A stretch of 64,000 bases of DNA from contig OZ037766.1 of NCBI GenBank assembly GCA_964035545.1, positions 12,142,722-12,206,721 of the forward strand, given 5' to 3'. The position numbers and the translations under genes were made by a program. Every line of letters begins with the position of its first letter. The first letter of the stretch is position 1. Under the pieces are notes generated by a model. It saw only the letters and a program-made list of their open reading frames with translations. It searched no databases and had not been told where the DNA came from. This DNA is from Bugula neritina. Taxonomy: Eukaryota > Animalia > Bryozoa. Below, one piece after another: positions 1-13,500 of the stretch.

Positions 1-1812
1 GGGAGATGACGATGACATCATCGAGATATATGAGCAAGGTCTTCCAGTGCAGTCCACTCAGGACCTGCTCCATGAGTCGCTGGAAGGTGGCTGGTGCGGA
101 CGTAAGTCCGAATGGCAACACCTTCCATTTCCAGAGCCCATCCCGCATTATAAACGCGGCCTTGTCCTGTGCTTCAGGACTCAGGGGCACCTGCCAATAC
201 CCGCTTAACAAGTCCAACGTGCTGAAGAACTTGCTACCAGCTAAGGCATCGAGCGACTCATCGATCCTCGGGAGAGGGTAAGCGTCCTGGATGGTCACGC
301 TGTTCAGCCTGCGATAGTCAACGCAAAACCTCCAGCTACCATCCTTTTTCCGAACCAGGACGACTGGAGAACTCCAGGCCCCATGGCCTGGCTCAATCAG
401 GTCCCGGTTCAGAAGGTCTTGCACCTGACGGCTCACTTCTCTCTCCTTCTCAGGACCTAACCGGCGGGTCGGCTGCCGAATCGGCACCGTCCCCGCCGCC
501 AGGGGTATCTCATGACGAACCGTCTCAGTCAGACCCATGTCATGGTCGCCGCAACTGAACACATCCTTGTACTCAGAGAGTAGCCGCGCCATCTCCAGGC
601 GTTCTCGCTTGCTCTCACAGCCATCACAGGCATCCTCGTACAACTCTGCTACGTGTTCAGGCACCGGCCCCCTGCCGTCTCTAGTGGGTACTCCCTGGGC
701 ACCGTCCGCTGTTTCCAGCGCGGGCCCTACATCCTCCTCTTGCACGGAGTGGAACTTCCCTACTAGAGACCCAGCCGGTAATTCTACCGGCTCCGTGAAA
801 GGGTTTACGCACTGGACCAGGAACTCCCTCCGCTCATCCAGTCTATTCAGACTGTTAGCGAGCTGGACGCCCCCCAGTGCACCTTCCACCACTCCGAGTT
901 CGGAGATCTCCCTACAGTTCACTCTGCAGCGAACTGTAGCCCGGGAGCGCCCAGGTACAGTACAGCGCTGTACCACCTGCACTCCCCCCACCAAAGGTCG
1001 GCCAAATCGGTCGACACAGGCCAGCTCACGCCCCGCCATCACTACTGCCGACTTGCTAAAGTCGATGTAGCACCTGTGTCGCTTCAGAAATGGCATGCCC
1101 AAGATGGCATCCTCCTTGAGTTGACTGACGATGAAGGTCTCACTGATCATCTGATCACGGACTCTACCAGTCAACTGGATTACCCCATAGAAAGGAATAC
1201 ACGACCCGTCCGCCAACGTGCCGTGTTCCCCTTCATATGGTTCTAGGCTAGCCCTGTCCTTGGCACTGAGAGTGTCGAAGAGACGCCGACTCAGTAGATT
1301 TGTGGTACACCCAGTATCCAACAGGAATGTGGCAGCTTTACCAGCAATTTTGCCGGGGAGGAAATAGCTGCTTCCATATGGCTGGGCGCTCACTGAGCGA
1401 TTTGTCTCTTGAGGCGACACCTCATGTGCATGGAATTGGGGATGCACCTGTGCTTTTCGGTTGCGAGGGGGTCGTCGACGTTGCATGGGCGGGCAGGGTA
1501 CGTCTCGGTCTCGCTCACACACGGGCGGCCGAGTGAGTTCTCGGACTGATGCTCGTGTGGGCAACTGAGGAAAATCCCTGTTGTGCTCCCATTCGTCGTT
1601 CACTCCCTCATCAAGCAAACCTTCAAAGCGGTTTTTGAGTGCCCAAGCCGGAGGTATTGGTGGGCCTTGCGGCCGACTCACTCTCCTTGGGACTTGCCAC
1701 TCTGGCGAAGGCGGCCTCCTCACCCGATGGGGTGGGAGCCGTAGCCTTTGCCTTGGGGGGTTAAACTCGGGCCCACGGTAGGCGGAAGTTACCGTGGGCC
1801 GTCGCTGTTTAA
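1..1812 (-). CDS. pol: Pol polyprotein (aspartic protease + reverse transcriptase), -1 frame relative to gag, truncated by the window edge
   Basis: Manual translation gives ATFLLDTGCTTNLLS (DTG at 1310-1318), LVRKKDGSWRFCVDYRRLN, FFSTLDLLSGYWQV, LPFGLTSAPATFQRLM and LIYLDDVIV (YLDD at 17-28), all in one frame. It is missing from the ORF track, consistent with no stop before position 1. Confidence 0.93.
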
Positions 1813-1814
1813 CC
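1759..1814 (-). promoter_or_regulatory. Programmed -1 ribosomal frameshift signal (G_UUA_AAC + stem-loop)
   Basis: Minus-strand G TTA AAC at 1813-1807 in gag phase, a 6-nt spacer, then a perfect 11-bp stem (1800-1790 with 1780-1770) with a 9-nt loop, overlapping the gag stop. The -1 frame is open into the protease. Confidence 0.8.
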
Positions 1815-2658
1815 GCCTCCCACTGCCGCGGAGGCAACTTCGTAAGAAGTGCCCACCGCTACCACAGCCCCAGCATACGGGGCCGCGCCTGTCGGCGACA
1901 GCTACCGACGACCTCTTGGGTCTCTCGGCTGTCGCCTGCTGGCGCAGTTGCCTGAACTCGGCGAGCAGTTCTCGAATCAAGCTCGTGGTTAAGCTAGATT
2001 CGTCTGCTGCTGCCGCTGCGACTTGTACAGCTGTCTTCGTTGACGACGTCGACACGTCGTCTGCCCCGACTTGCTGTACTGTCGCGCCAGGTCGACTTGC
2101 ACTGTCGGCTTGGAAATAGGCATTCCCAAGCCTTAGAGCTCTCTCCATAGTCTCAACTTCGGCCACCAGCAGATGCTGTTTAAGACCGAGGTTGTTAATA
2201 GACTGGAGGAATGCATCCAGTGCTAGGCTCTGTCGACCATCGGCAGGCAAGTCGCTGTAAGCAACTTGTGCCAGTCGTTCGACTACGGTAGCGTGCTCTC
2301 GCAGATTGGTCTTAGGATTTCTCCTAAGACTCTGCAGTTGCACGCGAGCATCTCGAGCGGTTAATCCAAACCTAGCTCGTATTGCTTCAAATATGTCACC
2401 GACATTCTGGCTTATCCCATAGGGTTTAGCCGGCCCTGTCAGACACAACCGCAGCTGGATCAGAGTAACCCTATTCGGCCATCCGCAGATGTCCGCCACA
2501 TCACTGAACTCAGTGATGAATTGCTCCACATCTTCTTCTCCAGAGAAGGTGGGAGCCCGCAAGTGGTACCTGTCCATAGGCAGCGCTGGGCCGCCTATGT
2601 GATCCTCCTCCATTGCTGCTGGCTCCTGTCGGGGCGCGTCGACGACTTCGTCGGCCAT
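1789..2658 (-). CDS. gag: Gag polyprotein with C-terminal CCHC zinc knuckle
   Basis: 289-aa ORF with PTFSGEEDVEQFITEF..W..LxLCLTGPA capsid-like motif and CWGCGSGGHFLRSC (CX2CX4HX4C). It lies between the PBS and pol. Confidence 0.93.
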   Translation of the reverse strand: MADEVVDAPRQEPAAMEEDHIGGPALPMDRYHLRAPTFSGEEDVEQFITEFSDVADICGWPNRVTLIQLRLCLTGPAKPYGISQNVGDIFEAIRARFGLTARDARVQLQSLRRNPKTNLREHATVVERLAQVAYSDLPADGRQSLALDAFLQSINNLGLKQHLLVAEVETMERALRLGNAYFQADSASRPGATVQQVGADDVSTSSTKTAVQVAAAAADESSLTTSLIRELLAEFRQLRQQATAERPKRSSVAVADRRGPVCWGCGSGGHFLRSCLRGSGRRLNSDGPR

Positions 2659-2694
2659 CTTACTCCCTGACTAGGGGCATTTGTATTAAGTGAG

Positions 2695-2712
2695 ATCCCA
2701 CCGCTGCCACCA
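2695..2712 (-). promoter_or_regulatory. Primer-binding site complementary to the tRNA-Leu 3' end
   Basis: Minus strand TGGTGGCAGCGGTGGGAT, 1 nt after the LTR-terminal CA. The plus strand ATCCCACCGCTGCCACCA matches the known 3' end of metazoan tRNA-Leu(AAG/UAG) plus CCA. Confidence 0.88.
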
Positions 2713-2713
2713 G

Positions 2714-2945
2714 TGTAGTGAATTTTGCCAGTTCACTATTATTATGTGTGGGTCTACTTAAACAAAGCCACTGCGACAGGTTGTTTACGATAAGATACTT
2801 TATTATTTACACAAATACAAGAAGGTTATTTACTGCTAGCACGAATAGAAAACGATTACATAATTAGTGAGCTTTAATACACAACTGTTCTAAATGAAGT
2901 CCCAAGCTGCTCTGCCGGCTAGCTACTCAGCGTACTGCCACTACA
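2714..2945 (-). repeat. 5' LTR (about 232 bp)
   Basis: TGTAGTG (2714-2720) and CACTACA (2939-2945) terminal inverted repeat, abutting the PBS. Minus-strand AATAAA at 2798-2803. The outer boundary cannot be confirmed because the second LTR is outside the window. Confidence 0.65.
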
Positions 2946-4239
2946 AGTAGCTAGCTCCACCTGCTATCAATTAGTGTCACTGTCCTGATTGGTGGCTACT
3001 AATGGTGCCACTACTGTCCATGGTTACACTCCGACAGTGTCGAACTCCAAGATACATAAAACAATATAGAGTAAACCTTTTCGATTAATACAATAATACT
3101 TGCACCACTAAAATCTACCACAATATCCATGTCATCTGGTACCTTGTAAGAGTACAATCTTGCTATCTAAAGTTTTTTTGCAATTATCTACTGGTTCAAA
3201 GCAGCAATAGATATAAAATAAATATGAGACAGTCTGTTGGTTTTAATTATTGAAATTATTGTTCATATTTTGCTTGCTACTTTCCGGCAACATATCACAT
3301 AGGGTTCTACAATTATGTTGGTTGACTGTAGGGGAGTAAAACTCCAAATAAAATGCTTGATTGGCCATTGGACACTAACTGTTACACAATCATCTCTTGC
3401 TGGTTCTGCCGACACATACTTTGCAGCCAATTTACTTTAATTTGCAGCCATGCTCTCTCTCAGTTTAGGAATGTGATATAGAATAGTTTGCCATATCATA
3501 GTTTTATCTAGAAGTTTTCTTATTATTATTTGGTCTTATTATTGATCGATATTACTGTCAACATTATACACAAATATCACATTACTATGTTGCAAATTAA
3601 TTCTATTAGTAGAGACGTTGTGAGAATTATACAAAGCCTATTATTAGGTAGATAAGAATAATAAATACAACTTTTATAATTTTAAACTTCGAGGTAACAA
3701 AATAATTATCATTCACGAAAGTGCACATACGCGCTCAAAACGTCATCAACAACCACTTTAGCGCTGAAAACAAAATGCAGGCAAAACTCAGCATGGTAAA
3801 GTACTTCTAACCAGCATATAGTAAGCGAAGAAACTCAGCTATGCAATAAATAGCTACTGGGCAAGGCATGACTCTGAAGAGAGCCGTCGCTTGGTCGGCA
3901 ACAGAAGTAGCTGGTGTAATTGTGTTGGTTAAGGTTTCAGCCTGAGTCGCAACCCAAATAATTTTCATCCAAGTTGATGTTGGGAAATGGCCATAATCTA
4001 CTACAACTCTGACCTTTTTCCACTGAATCTGATTGCCTGGTCTGATTGGATTTGACTCATTCTGATTCAGTGATTCACATTCACATTGTCATTGTGATGG
4101 TGATTACTGTTTACAGTTTGAGTCACTGATTAGTGGTTAAGATTATACTTATTAGCTTTAAGCTAATCAATAATCATTATAATTATAAATATAAACATTA
4201 TGAAAGATATTAATAGTAACAGTTGATGTAATACTAGTA

Positions 4240-4410
4240 TTCTTGAATTCAAATATTAATATTATTGTACTACTACTAGTACAGTAGTAGGATACTGTAT
4301 AGTAGTGAGTAGGTTGGTAGTACTACTACAGTACTAGTATTAGTATAAGTATTAGAAATAGAAGCAATATCAATATGGATATTATTAATTTATTATAATT
4401 ATTACTATTG
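4240..4410. repeat. Low-complexity degenerate (TAG/TAC/TAT)n tract
   Basis: Runs such as tactactagtacagtagtag and tactactacagtactagtattag. Confidence 0.5.
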
Positions 4411-5792
4411 TTTTTTTGATGCTCATGCACATGTATTTACTCTAAATTTATTTATATAATTATATTTTCAAACTATTTCTGATGTTTACTGGAGTCGATC
4501 TACAGTAGTGAAAAAAGAATTTTAAACTAGATAAATAGGTAAAATCACGTATTGAAATGATCACATAGCATAGATTAAAAAAGCTATTCAAAAACCTTTT
4601 GGGGCCACATATTGGCACTGTTACATTTATTGGTTAAATCTAAAAGAGCAACTGCCATTGTTGGATAAAACCATCGAATTCATTAAAGGATTTTTTTCAC
4701 TAATGAGTTTTGATAATGGGAAGGGAGTTATGGCTATATTCTCCACCTAAGAGACGTTTAGTAAAATAATTCTTGGTGAATATTTCTAGATTTTCTCAAT
4801 TTTGGTCCATGCTACCTTCTGTGATCAAGCTGAACAATACTGGCTGCATGCATAATCAATGTCGGTATATGAGCCATAAAGAATGTCAGCAGACACTTCA
4901 CTAGCCCCCATGCTCTTCACTCTTCATGTATTATTGAGTTGAATAAGACTACGTGTGACAAGATCATTGAAATTTTTTGAAAATGGTGGCTGATTGATGT
5001 CGAATAGTTAAATACTGTTGACATTAAGATGGTGGTTGTCTGCAGACCATGGCTCAATCAGCAAGGATACCATCAGCTGAGTTGTTTATTGTTGAGCTAC
5101 GTGTTCTTCTGTTCGTCTACTTTATTGTCTAGTTCAGAAACTTTTGCATTTCTAACACTACGGGTTTATTATTGTGAATGATGTTGCAGGCTGTGATGTT
5201 ATCTGCAAATGTGCCAGTCTGGCATTGGAGTATTAGCTCATTGATATACACTAACCACAGCCATGGGCCAAGTTTAGTAGCTACTCTGTGGTGACAGGTA
5301 GTGGATGGGAGATGTTGCGATGAATTTTTCTCTACCTGCCCGGTTGGTAAGACAATTATTGATGAGTCCATTCAGTAAATTTATTCCGGAAAGTTTGTTA
5401 ATGAGAGTGTCTGGGTTCATTCGGCAACAGAAATATGACTGGTCTCATGGTTGGCTAAAACTGAATGTCATTGATAAAATCGTTTTACGGTGGCATCAAT
5501 GGTGCTGTCGATATGCAAACTGATCGACATTTAGTTTGCTGTATATAGCAGATTAATGTAGTTGTCTTTCTGTGTCTCAAGGATTTTGTTTTCGATGACA
5601 CAATATATTCAGTTCATTTTATGTTTTTCAACTTACAAATAAGGGTGGTGTATTTTGCCCTAAAGTCATATATTGCTATTTATAACTCGGTGCAGTTAGC
5701 CAACTCTTTTTCTAGAGCATTTGCAGTTTCTGTTCTCAGTTTAAACTAACAACTGTTCTAGTAATAGACTGATTACTAATTGATTGATTATA

Positions 5793-5999
5793 CAGTTCTC
5801 CCTCCATATCTAACGGTCTAGTTCTCATAAAATGCTATAGGTCATGAGAACGGCCTAGACTCTCGTTTTGTGGCTTATGTATGTGTTTATAGGACAAAAT
5901 GGCCAAATTTAGAGGATCTGTGAGTTAAATCTGGTATTCTACTATGTCACGAATTGAGGTTTCGGACCCGTAGGTTAGTGTGATACAGATAGAGCACTG
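5793..5999. mobile_element. Possible decayed Tigger/pogo-like MITE
   Basis: TA|CAGTTCTCCCTCCATATC ... GATACAGATAGAGCACTG forms an imperfect inverted repeat with CAGT..ACTG ends. The right-hand TSD is not intact. Confidence 0.35.
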
Positions 6000-7258
6000 T
6001 TCTTTTGAACATCATTTTACTAGGAAGTTTTTCCTGGAGAGTAAATCAAACTTATAGCCTACATTATGTTCTTTATGTTAGATCAAGCAGAGATGATTAT
6101 GAATTCACAGCAGCTGTTAATAGACCAATCTGAGTTTGATTTTCTGTTCTCCTGGGTCTATGTTAAAATTTTAGGAGTTGCCTTCACAATATTTGGACTA
6201 GCTTTGATTTTCTTAATAAAGTTCGTTTCACTTTTTTGCAGCATTTCTACTCGTATACTTTAATAAGGCCTCAATTTTGTTTCTTAATAAAAGTTTTCAC
6301 TTGTTTTCTCACTTTTTTCTAGATACTATTTTGATCTTCAATTCAACAAACCAAGTAACCACCTACTAAATCTCTAAATCTTTCTAGAAAACACCTTTAT
6401 ATTTTAGATTGCTAAATATGTATAAGTTATTTTCTTGCTTCAAACAATGTAGGTGGCCATTTGTTTGTGTTACTGGAGCTAAAGAAGTTGAAGTTTGCTA
6501 ATAATTGCTTCCACATGTTGCATAGCAGATATAAATGCATGTTTGTTTGCCATGTTATATGGTCAAATAGTATTCGATTGAGCAATTTCTATATGTATAG
6601 TCTAAACTCTAAGATATATTGCAACATGGCTGTTAGAGTGATAGTTATTTCTCAAATGTGGGTAGAAAATTTAAAGGAAATGTAGGTAATTGGAGGCTGA
6701 TGCAAAGATAAATTGTTTCATAGAATTTGTAGTGCAAGATATGTTGCTGTTTTGATAATATGTAGCATGAAATCACATGTTTTAAAATACTATATACCAT
6801 GCCAGGTTTATGCTGCTATGTAATAGTAATATAATGTTATGAGATTGCATAGTTAATATACTTTAAGATATAGTTATCTCATATATTACTATATAATATG
6901 ATATACTATGATATGTATTGCTTATACTTGTGTACTCAAGAAAGTCACTATTTTACATTTGATGATTGAAAATTGTGTTGTTCAAAATTCAAAACATGCC
7001 AAGATAAAATGCTTCAACAGATGGAATTTAAGCTTTTACTAACTGTAGTTTGTATCAATATTTTAGTTCTCAAAGGGAATCAGGCAAGATATGGCAACCA
7101 GATGAGTTGAAGATGGTCAGACTGGAAATGGAGGACATTTTATAACTATTAAAATAACTCTAGTTCCTACAGGTTTGTAGGTATATTGAAATTTTACAGT
7201 TATAGCTAGTTTATCTTGGTTAGCTGTATTATGTTAGCACTGCACTTGACTAAGTGTA

Positions 7259-7669
7259 GGGCCACACGAGGCGTTTATATACGTCCTAGAAAACCCGTTC
7301 AGATATGCCACACACAATGCGTGTGTTGCGAGTAAGAAAATTTATTAGCTAATGATTTTAGAGTTAAACTTTACTGCTCGCCTACAGAAGTTTGTTTATA
7401 AAACTACGTCATCGGCAAAGTGACTTTAGATATTATAAAAGCGGAAATGTAAATTATATGAAACTGTTTTAATTCAGTTCGCTAAAAGCTAAAACGTGAA
7501 CTGAAATAAAAAAAGTGTGCTCGCTAAATGATAATAAGCCAATTGGATTAAACACACACGAGCTTGCCGCTGAGCTCGCTCAGCATGTTAGACGTGAAAA
7601 TCCCACTCATGACGTTCAATTTTTGGGCCAAACGGGGGTTTCTCGCACGTCATGAACGTAGTGTGGCCC
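7259..7669. mobile_element. MITE (non-autonomous DNA transposon) with GGGCCACAC termini and TA duplication
   Basis: tgTA|GGGCCACAC...GTGTGGCCC|TAca. The imperfect inverted match extends about 40 bp inward (cgtt.at..acgt...agaaa.cccgtt). No ORF inside. Confidence 0.75.
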
Positions 7670-10457
7670 TACATTTGGGAAAAATACCTAAGATTTCTAA
7701 CACCAAGTAAGCCAAATGGATATAATACTAGGTAAGTCAGCTAATGCTATATCTATTAAGGAGATATGTAGTAACCTTACAAAACAGCTGTGTGGTCTAT
7801 TAATCTAATTAACTATTATAATTGGCAAAATAATTCTGTTTGTAGGCCAAAGAATCAAAGCTACTTTATGGCATGGAAGATGGGTTCGAAACATAGCTTG
7901 TATGAACTGAGCTCCATCTGCTAATGTACAGAGCTCTAAAGAGAAGACAATTTTTGTAATGGCTGAGCCAACAGGTAGCCATTTTTTCACAAGTGTTCTA
8001 TTTTGCTATTTATTTCTTGTTGGCATTAATTATGTTTCTCTTTTGCTGCTTCAACTCCTCGGTTGATGTAATACGTATTTGTTTCAAATAACAAGAAATA
8101 ATTCCGTGTATCAAATGATGGGAATAATAACTGCAACATTTTCTCAAGTTGGGAAATATGATTAAGCAACAAAGTTCTATCATTAACATTAAGCAGTGGT
8201 AATTGCTATCTGTGATGTATTGGCTCTTGCTTTGTTGAACCGAATCAGCTGATTGGTGGAGCTATAGTAATTATTACACTCTCAAATCTATATATGGGTA
8301 TGGCCGAGCCTGTGAAATATGATATAGGAGTTAATATGCTGTGCTGCCGTAATTCATATTGTTGTCTATAATGTATGCTTGTAATTACCTACATTCTGTA
8401 ACTGTGAAGGGCAATCTTTACCTGCTTGTTAATAAGTTAATTAAGATTTCCAAAGCAGGCATCTCTCTGTATAATAATTACTCGATTGCTCTTTCTCTAG
8501 TTTCTTAATGGTCTCCCAGTCTATAATATAGTTTGGGGCAGTGCACAGTACACACTTCTAATGCAGATTTGCTTGCAATAGTATCTGAGGCTACACATAT
8601 ATGCTTGTAGTGTATGAATAAGAAGACTTCCTTCCTAAGACGTATAGCCAGCTAGCAAGGAGGTGGATAGAGAATATCTGTATCTCATTACTCTATAATC
8701 TGTTCGAGCAAGTTTTCTTCTAAACTCTTGAATTTTAAAACCCTGAGGTAAGTATCAACTTGATGTGGACAAATGGCCTCATGTGTAGGACCAGTTTTTG
8801 AAAATACTGCTGTATACTATAATGCTATTCTTAAATTGTGTGTAGTGTTTGAAATGATAAACTGATTTGTTTTACCTGCAATCTAGAAACACTAATGTCT
8901 TTAGGATTTATCAATATATGTACAAGTTCGTTATTTTGTTAAAGCAGTTTTAAGTTGCTAGCCTAAAGCTAACTTTTTGCTAAGAGTTGTACAATTTATC
9001 TGCTAGTATTTCTCAATTTCTTTATATAGCAATTTAATAATGCCAAAACTGTTTTTGTGTACAAGCAGTGCAGGCTTTTTGTCACTGAGGTAAAGTGTTG
9101 TGTACCACAGAACCAAAATTCTTATATTTGTTGAAGGGTCATGTGCTTGTGAAAAAATAAATAGTAGACCTTTGCTAATTTTTGTGGAGTTTGAATTGTG
9201 TTTTCATTAAAAATCATTTCAAAAATTAAATTATTCAAACTGAGTCAAGCGAAGTGTTGTTCGCTCAACTCTAAATTACACCTACTGTTGATTTATTTTC
9301 AAAATTCAATTTGAATTTATGTTCAATAACTTGACTTTACTTTTATGAGTTTTATGCAGTTCTGCTCATCAATTTTTTGACTAGTCTAACTAAAACATTA
9401 TTTCAATTTTTAAATGAATTTTGGCTGCTTACAAAAACTGTGACCTTTCTTAGAAGTACAAGAACAAACTTAGCAAACTTGTTGTCCGTACTTATCCTAA
9501 AGTCAATATTTTAAACTTCTGTTTTCCTTTAATAGATTAGAGAATTTAACAAATTCAAGCTTTATTTACATGATCATAGCAGTTCCTCTCATGCTTGCTT
9601 CAAAATGGCTGACTTGATCAGCTTGTCTTTATGAACTATACTTCAATACCTGACTGACCTTTTGGATTGTTAAGCATATTATCTAATGACGAGTCTTAGT
9701 TCATTAGGCATTTGATTGCTTGCCGGTGTTCTAGAACAATCCTTCATTATAATATTGTTGCGATGATAACTTCCCAGTTGATATTTCTGCTCATTAGTCT
9801 CTCAGCGATTTATTATTTCTTTGCTTTGATGGCTGCCTTAACTCAGAAAGTGTATTGATGGTGCTATAAATGATGCTAATTATGATATTTTTAAATTAAT
9901 TAGTCAGCTACAGTTAGCATCTGTAGAGGTGTGTGTAGTGAAGTATAATATATACCAATTGCTTCTTCAGTCTTAGTCTAACTAGTATGCAGTCTGTACA
10001 GTCTGTACTTTGAACTGTATACTCACACACGCTGTACTCACACACCTTGTCCACATACACATTGTTCAGATACACATATACCTAACTATTGTATATTTAA
10101 ACCCTATATGCTTCTACACTGTATGCTTCTACACTGTATACTTGCTCACTTTTACTTGTCCTACACTCTGTACTCACATGCTGTGTCCTTACACATTTTA
10201 TACTTAGACTATTCTTTTGTTTAGTGCTATTCTCATTCACCAGAGAGTGTGATGTCAACATACTAACTCAGAGACCTGTTTACCTGTTTAATAGTAGCTC
10301 AGGTTGTACAGTGCACTACCTCTACCTGTTGCCTATGAAATTGCACTGGATACTGCTATTAGACTTTATAGGAAGTTGAATTATTCTTTAGGCTGATGCA
10401 TAATGCAATTATGTAATTATTGACAATGTAACATATACTGAACTTTGTATATTTCAG

Positions 10458-10513
10458 ACAAAATGGCCAACAGAGTACACGATATGGGAATGGACAGAGC
10501 ACAAGGCTCAAGG
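10458..10513 (+). CDS. First coding exon, MANRVHDMGMDRAQGSR (ATG at 10463)
   Basis: tttcag acceptor, AAAATGG start context, AGG|gtatgt phase-0 donor. The peptide resembles the transgelin/calponin N-terminus (MANRGP.YG..R). Confidence 0.85.
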
Positions 10514-13500
10514 GTATGTAGAATCAAACAACACATTGACTTTGCAGTTAAACATTTGAGGTAGGTGCAGTGATGGAGAAATTGAGAAACGCCTGTGATC
10601 TAGAATAGAAATGTAGCAAAAGAAGTTATGTCCACGTGAGAATTTCAACCCGTGCCCCAAACCAAAATTAAATAAAAAAAAAAAACTTAGGCTACCTCAA
10701 TTTCTCCACTACTGCTCCTAAATGACTGTGCAATGCCAAGCTCTATAAATATTGTAAAATATTGATTCTCAAGCATTTCCGATTAGCTTCTATGATCTTA
10801 TTATTTCATTGATATATTTCATCAAGTGTTGTGCTAAAACTGTGGGTTTTTATTTCGAAGACATTTTTTGTACTTTATTTTTTATTTTAAGGCAATTCAG
10901 GTATCAGAATTTTAGATTTACTTTTTAAAATATTTTATTTGGTTTAGTTTAACCATTCACCAATACTAGTAGTCTGGTATATTATGGTGTTTCTGGTCGT
11001 GATAGTTAAACCAGCCATGACTCTAACTTGCGTTATTAAGTGAGTTTGACGCTAGTTAGCTAGTTAGGGTTGGCGGAACCAAATAAATAATTTTCCAGAA
11101 TTTCTTATGACTTTTGGTAATCTACTACATAGAAAGAACCTTCCCTTTGAGCATCTTCTACTAATTAACTACTAGTTACTTTAGCAGTACTCATAATTAC
11201 CTGGTATCATCTGCATGTATACAAACTATAAGATATGCCTGGGAACTTCATTGATGTAATCATAGCCCTATATATTCATACTTTGATTAGTTATATAGGG
11301 ATTATATTTAGTAGTTATGGATATTATATACCATTCATTATAGAATTGCATGATGGTGATACTTATCTGTTTTCCTTGGTTTTTGCTACTTTGTGAAGAC
11401 TACAGTTTAAAGTTTCCACTGAGATTTGTTATTCAATCTACAATAACTACAAACAGAATAAAAAAATATTCACTTTAAATCAATCTGGGAGAAAAATAGA
11501 AAATTTTTATTTTTGTAATAAGAGTATTTAGTAGGAAAAACTTTTCTTGTACGAAAACATGAAGTAATGCTATAACAACATTAATAAATTTTTTATTAAA
11601 ATAATTTTTACAAAAATCAAAGAATGGTTGCATAAAGCCCTGTTAATATTACTTAGTTGGCAGTCCTAACTCAAGGCGCAACATTGTGTTAATTGACGCA
11701 TTTATTTCTGAAAGTTCAAAAAGTATTTTACGCCCCAGCTGATTGTGTTTGAAAAATAATAAATTGCTATGCAGAAGAAGAAGGTGCAATCTTATATATT
11801 TTTTTTTCTCTATAGCTTCAAAATTTTTTGTTGCTGATGATTTAGAAAGCTTTAATTTAGTTAGAATATAAATGATTTCATTGGCCTATTGGTTATAACA
11901 AAGGCCTGGTGTGACACAGGTTATGGGTTCAAATACCAGCACGGCCATTGGTGATGTCAGGAAGATCATCCAATCATATTTGCTCCTGTGTCACAGTAAA
12001 AGCTCTCAAACCATGTTGCTAGCGTAGTCACAGTTCTTAACCCACTCATAAACCCTTGTAATCAGGGATGAAGACTTTAAACAAATGTGATTTTTTCAAT
12101 AAACCTTTTCATTATATTTTGTCTCTTAAGTTTGGGAAGCTTTAGAAAATGCATATTGAAGATTTGAAAACGGAGTTTTGAATTTAAGGATTCTGTGTCT
12201 TAATTGTAGTAATCTAATATAGGGATTAATTTGCTATTTAATATTTAAGTGCAGACTACTTGTACAATACTTTTTGTAAGCAGGATATTAAAACTCAAAC
12301 ATTCAAAGAGACAGCTGCTGATGGCACTGTCACCGTTACAACACGTACCACTACTACGTATGAGGGAGGGGTGAGAGTCGGTTTGCTACGACCTTTATAT
12401 GTTACCCTGACCTTTAAATGTTTCCTTGACCTTACCTGCTGCTTAAGCTATGATCATTAATTGATGGCGCAATGCTTGATGAACTGATTGTGCAAATGCC
12501 TGCAGCTGTTATAAAGCGCATAAGGAATTCAAAATATTTCCATAATGAAGAGCCAAAACGGTTTGGTATGCTCGCAGTAAAAATAGCTAACGTCTGTTTT
12601 CGTTTCGAAGATATTTAAGCAAAACCAATAATTCCAACACACATTGCTCTACGCTGACCCTAAAGCAGTTTGTCTCTGTTAACCCACCTTGTCATTCTGA
12701 TGTCTTCTTTGCTGATGGAATGTGAAAGTCTTACCTAAAAGTCGTGTTTTGACCTCAAAACCAACTTCTTGTCTTTAGCCAGGTAAGCCTAGAATATGCA
12801 TTGAAATGTTATTGCAATTGTTTTCAATCGCTAGAGACTTGATTTTAGTTTTGTTTTATGATATTAACATAGTAAATGTTTCGTGAATTGATATTACGAA
12901 ACTGAACAGTGTTGTGATAATATTTTAGAGAACTGAGGTTCAGGAAAGTAAAGAGGTTCACAAACCTCAACAGCAAATTGTAATAAAACAACCAGAGTCA
13001 CGGCGGCGACAGGTTTGCTATAAGTTTTCTGATCTAAATAGTATAATATATACACATGTAGCCATAACCATTGCTGCTATAGATAATACCATTACTTATC
13101 TTGTTGGTTTGGTTTTGACTGTACAATCACATTTACTGTTCTGTGTAAATGATGTGTATATATGCATGGAAAACTGTTATTTGGGTTTATGCTAAAGCTG
13201 TGTCGCTAGTACAACCTTGTAAAACTATCTGTAGGATGGGAGAACTGTTGAAGAGGTTTTGCCGGATGATAGTGTGGTTAGAAGAAGAACCTCCAGGAGT
13301 AGAGTATCGTCCAGCAGTGGTGATTCGTTGACTTCTCGTAGATTCCAACGTGTATGTATAGTAGTCAATTCATGGTTCTTGTATTTGTGCTATATTCTAT
13401 AGCTCAAACATAGTTTATATGCTATTTAATGTTACATATATTTATGTTCTAATACACATTGTATAAAATAATTCCAAATATCATTACATAGTCGAGTATT

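Larger units (their letters stand above)
1..2945 (-). mobile_element. Ty3/Gypsy LTR retrotransposon, 5' portion (LTR-PBS-gag-pro-RT), runs off the left edge
   Basis: Minus-strand order LTR, PBS, gag (CCHC), protease (DTG), RT (YLDD), with RT directly after protease as in Gypsy. The block is GC-rich against AT-rich host DNA. Confidence 0.95.

Noticed and set aside
6-2119. Plus-strand ORFs at 6-281, 537-1070, 1300-1536, 1581-1781 and 1748-2119
   Set aside because: They are antisense to gag/pol in GC-rich sequence and show no recognisable motifs.
8500-8753. Possible non-coding first exon ending at GAG|gtaagt (8748)
   Set aside because: The donor is a strong consensus match and the coding exon at 10458 needs an upstream exon, but no start or promoter can be fixed from sequence alone.
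5129-10207. Short ORFs of 60-80 aa in the intergenic/upstream region
   Set aside because: No motifs or consistent splice structure. They look like chance ORFs in AT-rich or low-complexity DNA.
11882-11945. tRNA gene
   Set aside because: A/B-box-like motifs are present but there is no convincing cloverleaf or acceptor stem. Treated as a SINE-like head.
12500-12860. Possible non-autonomous transposon fragments (also about 22130-22800 and 3690-3900)
   Set aside because: Composition differs from the flanks, but I could not find matching termini or TSDs.
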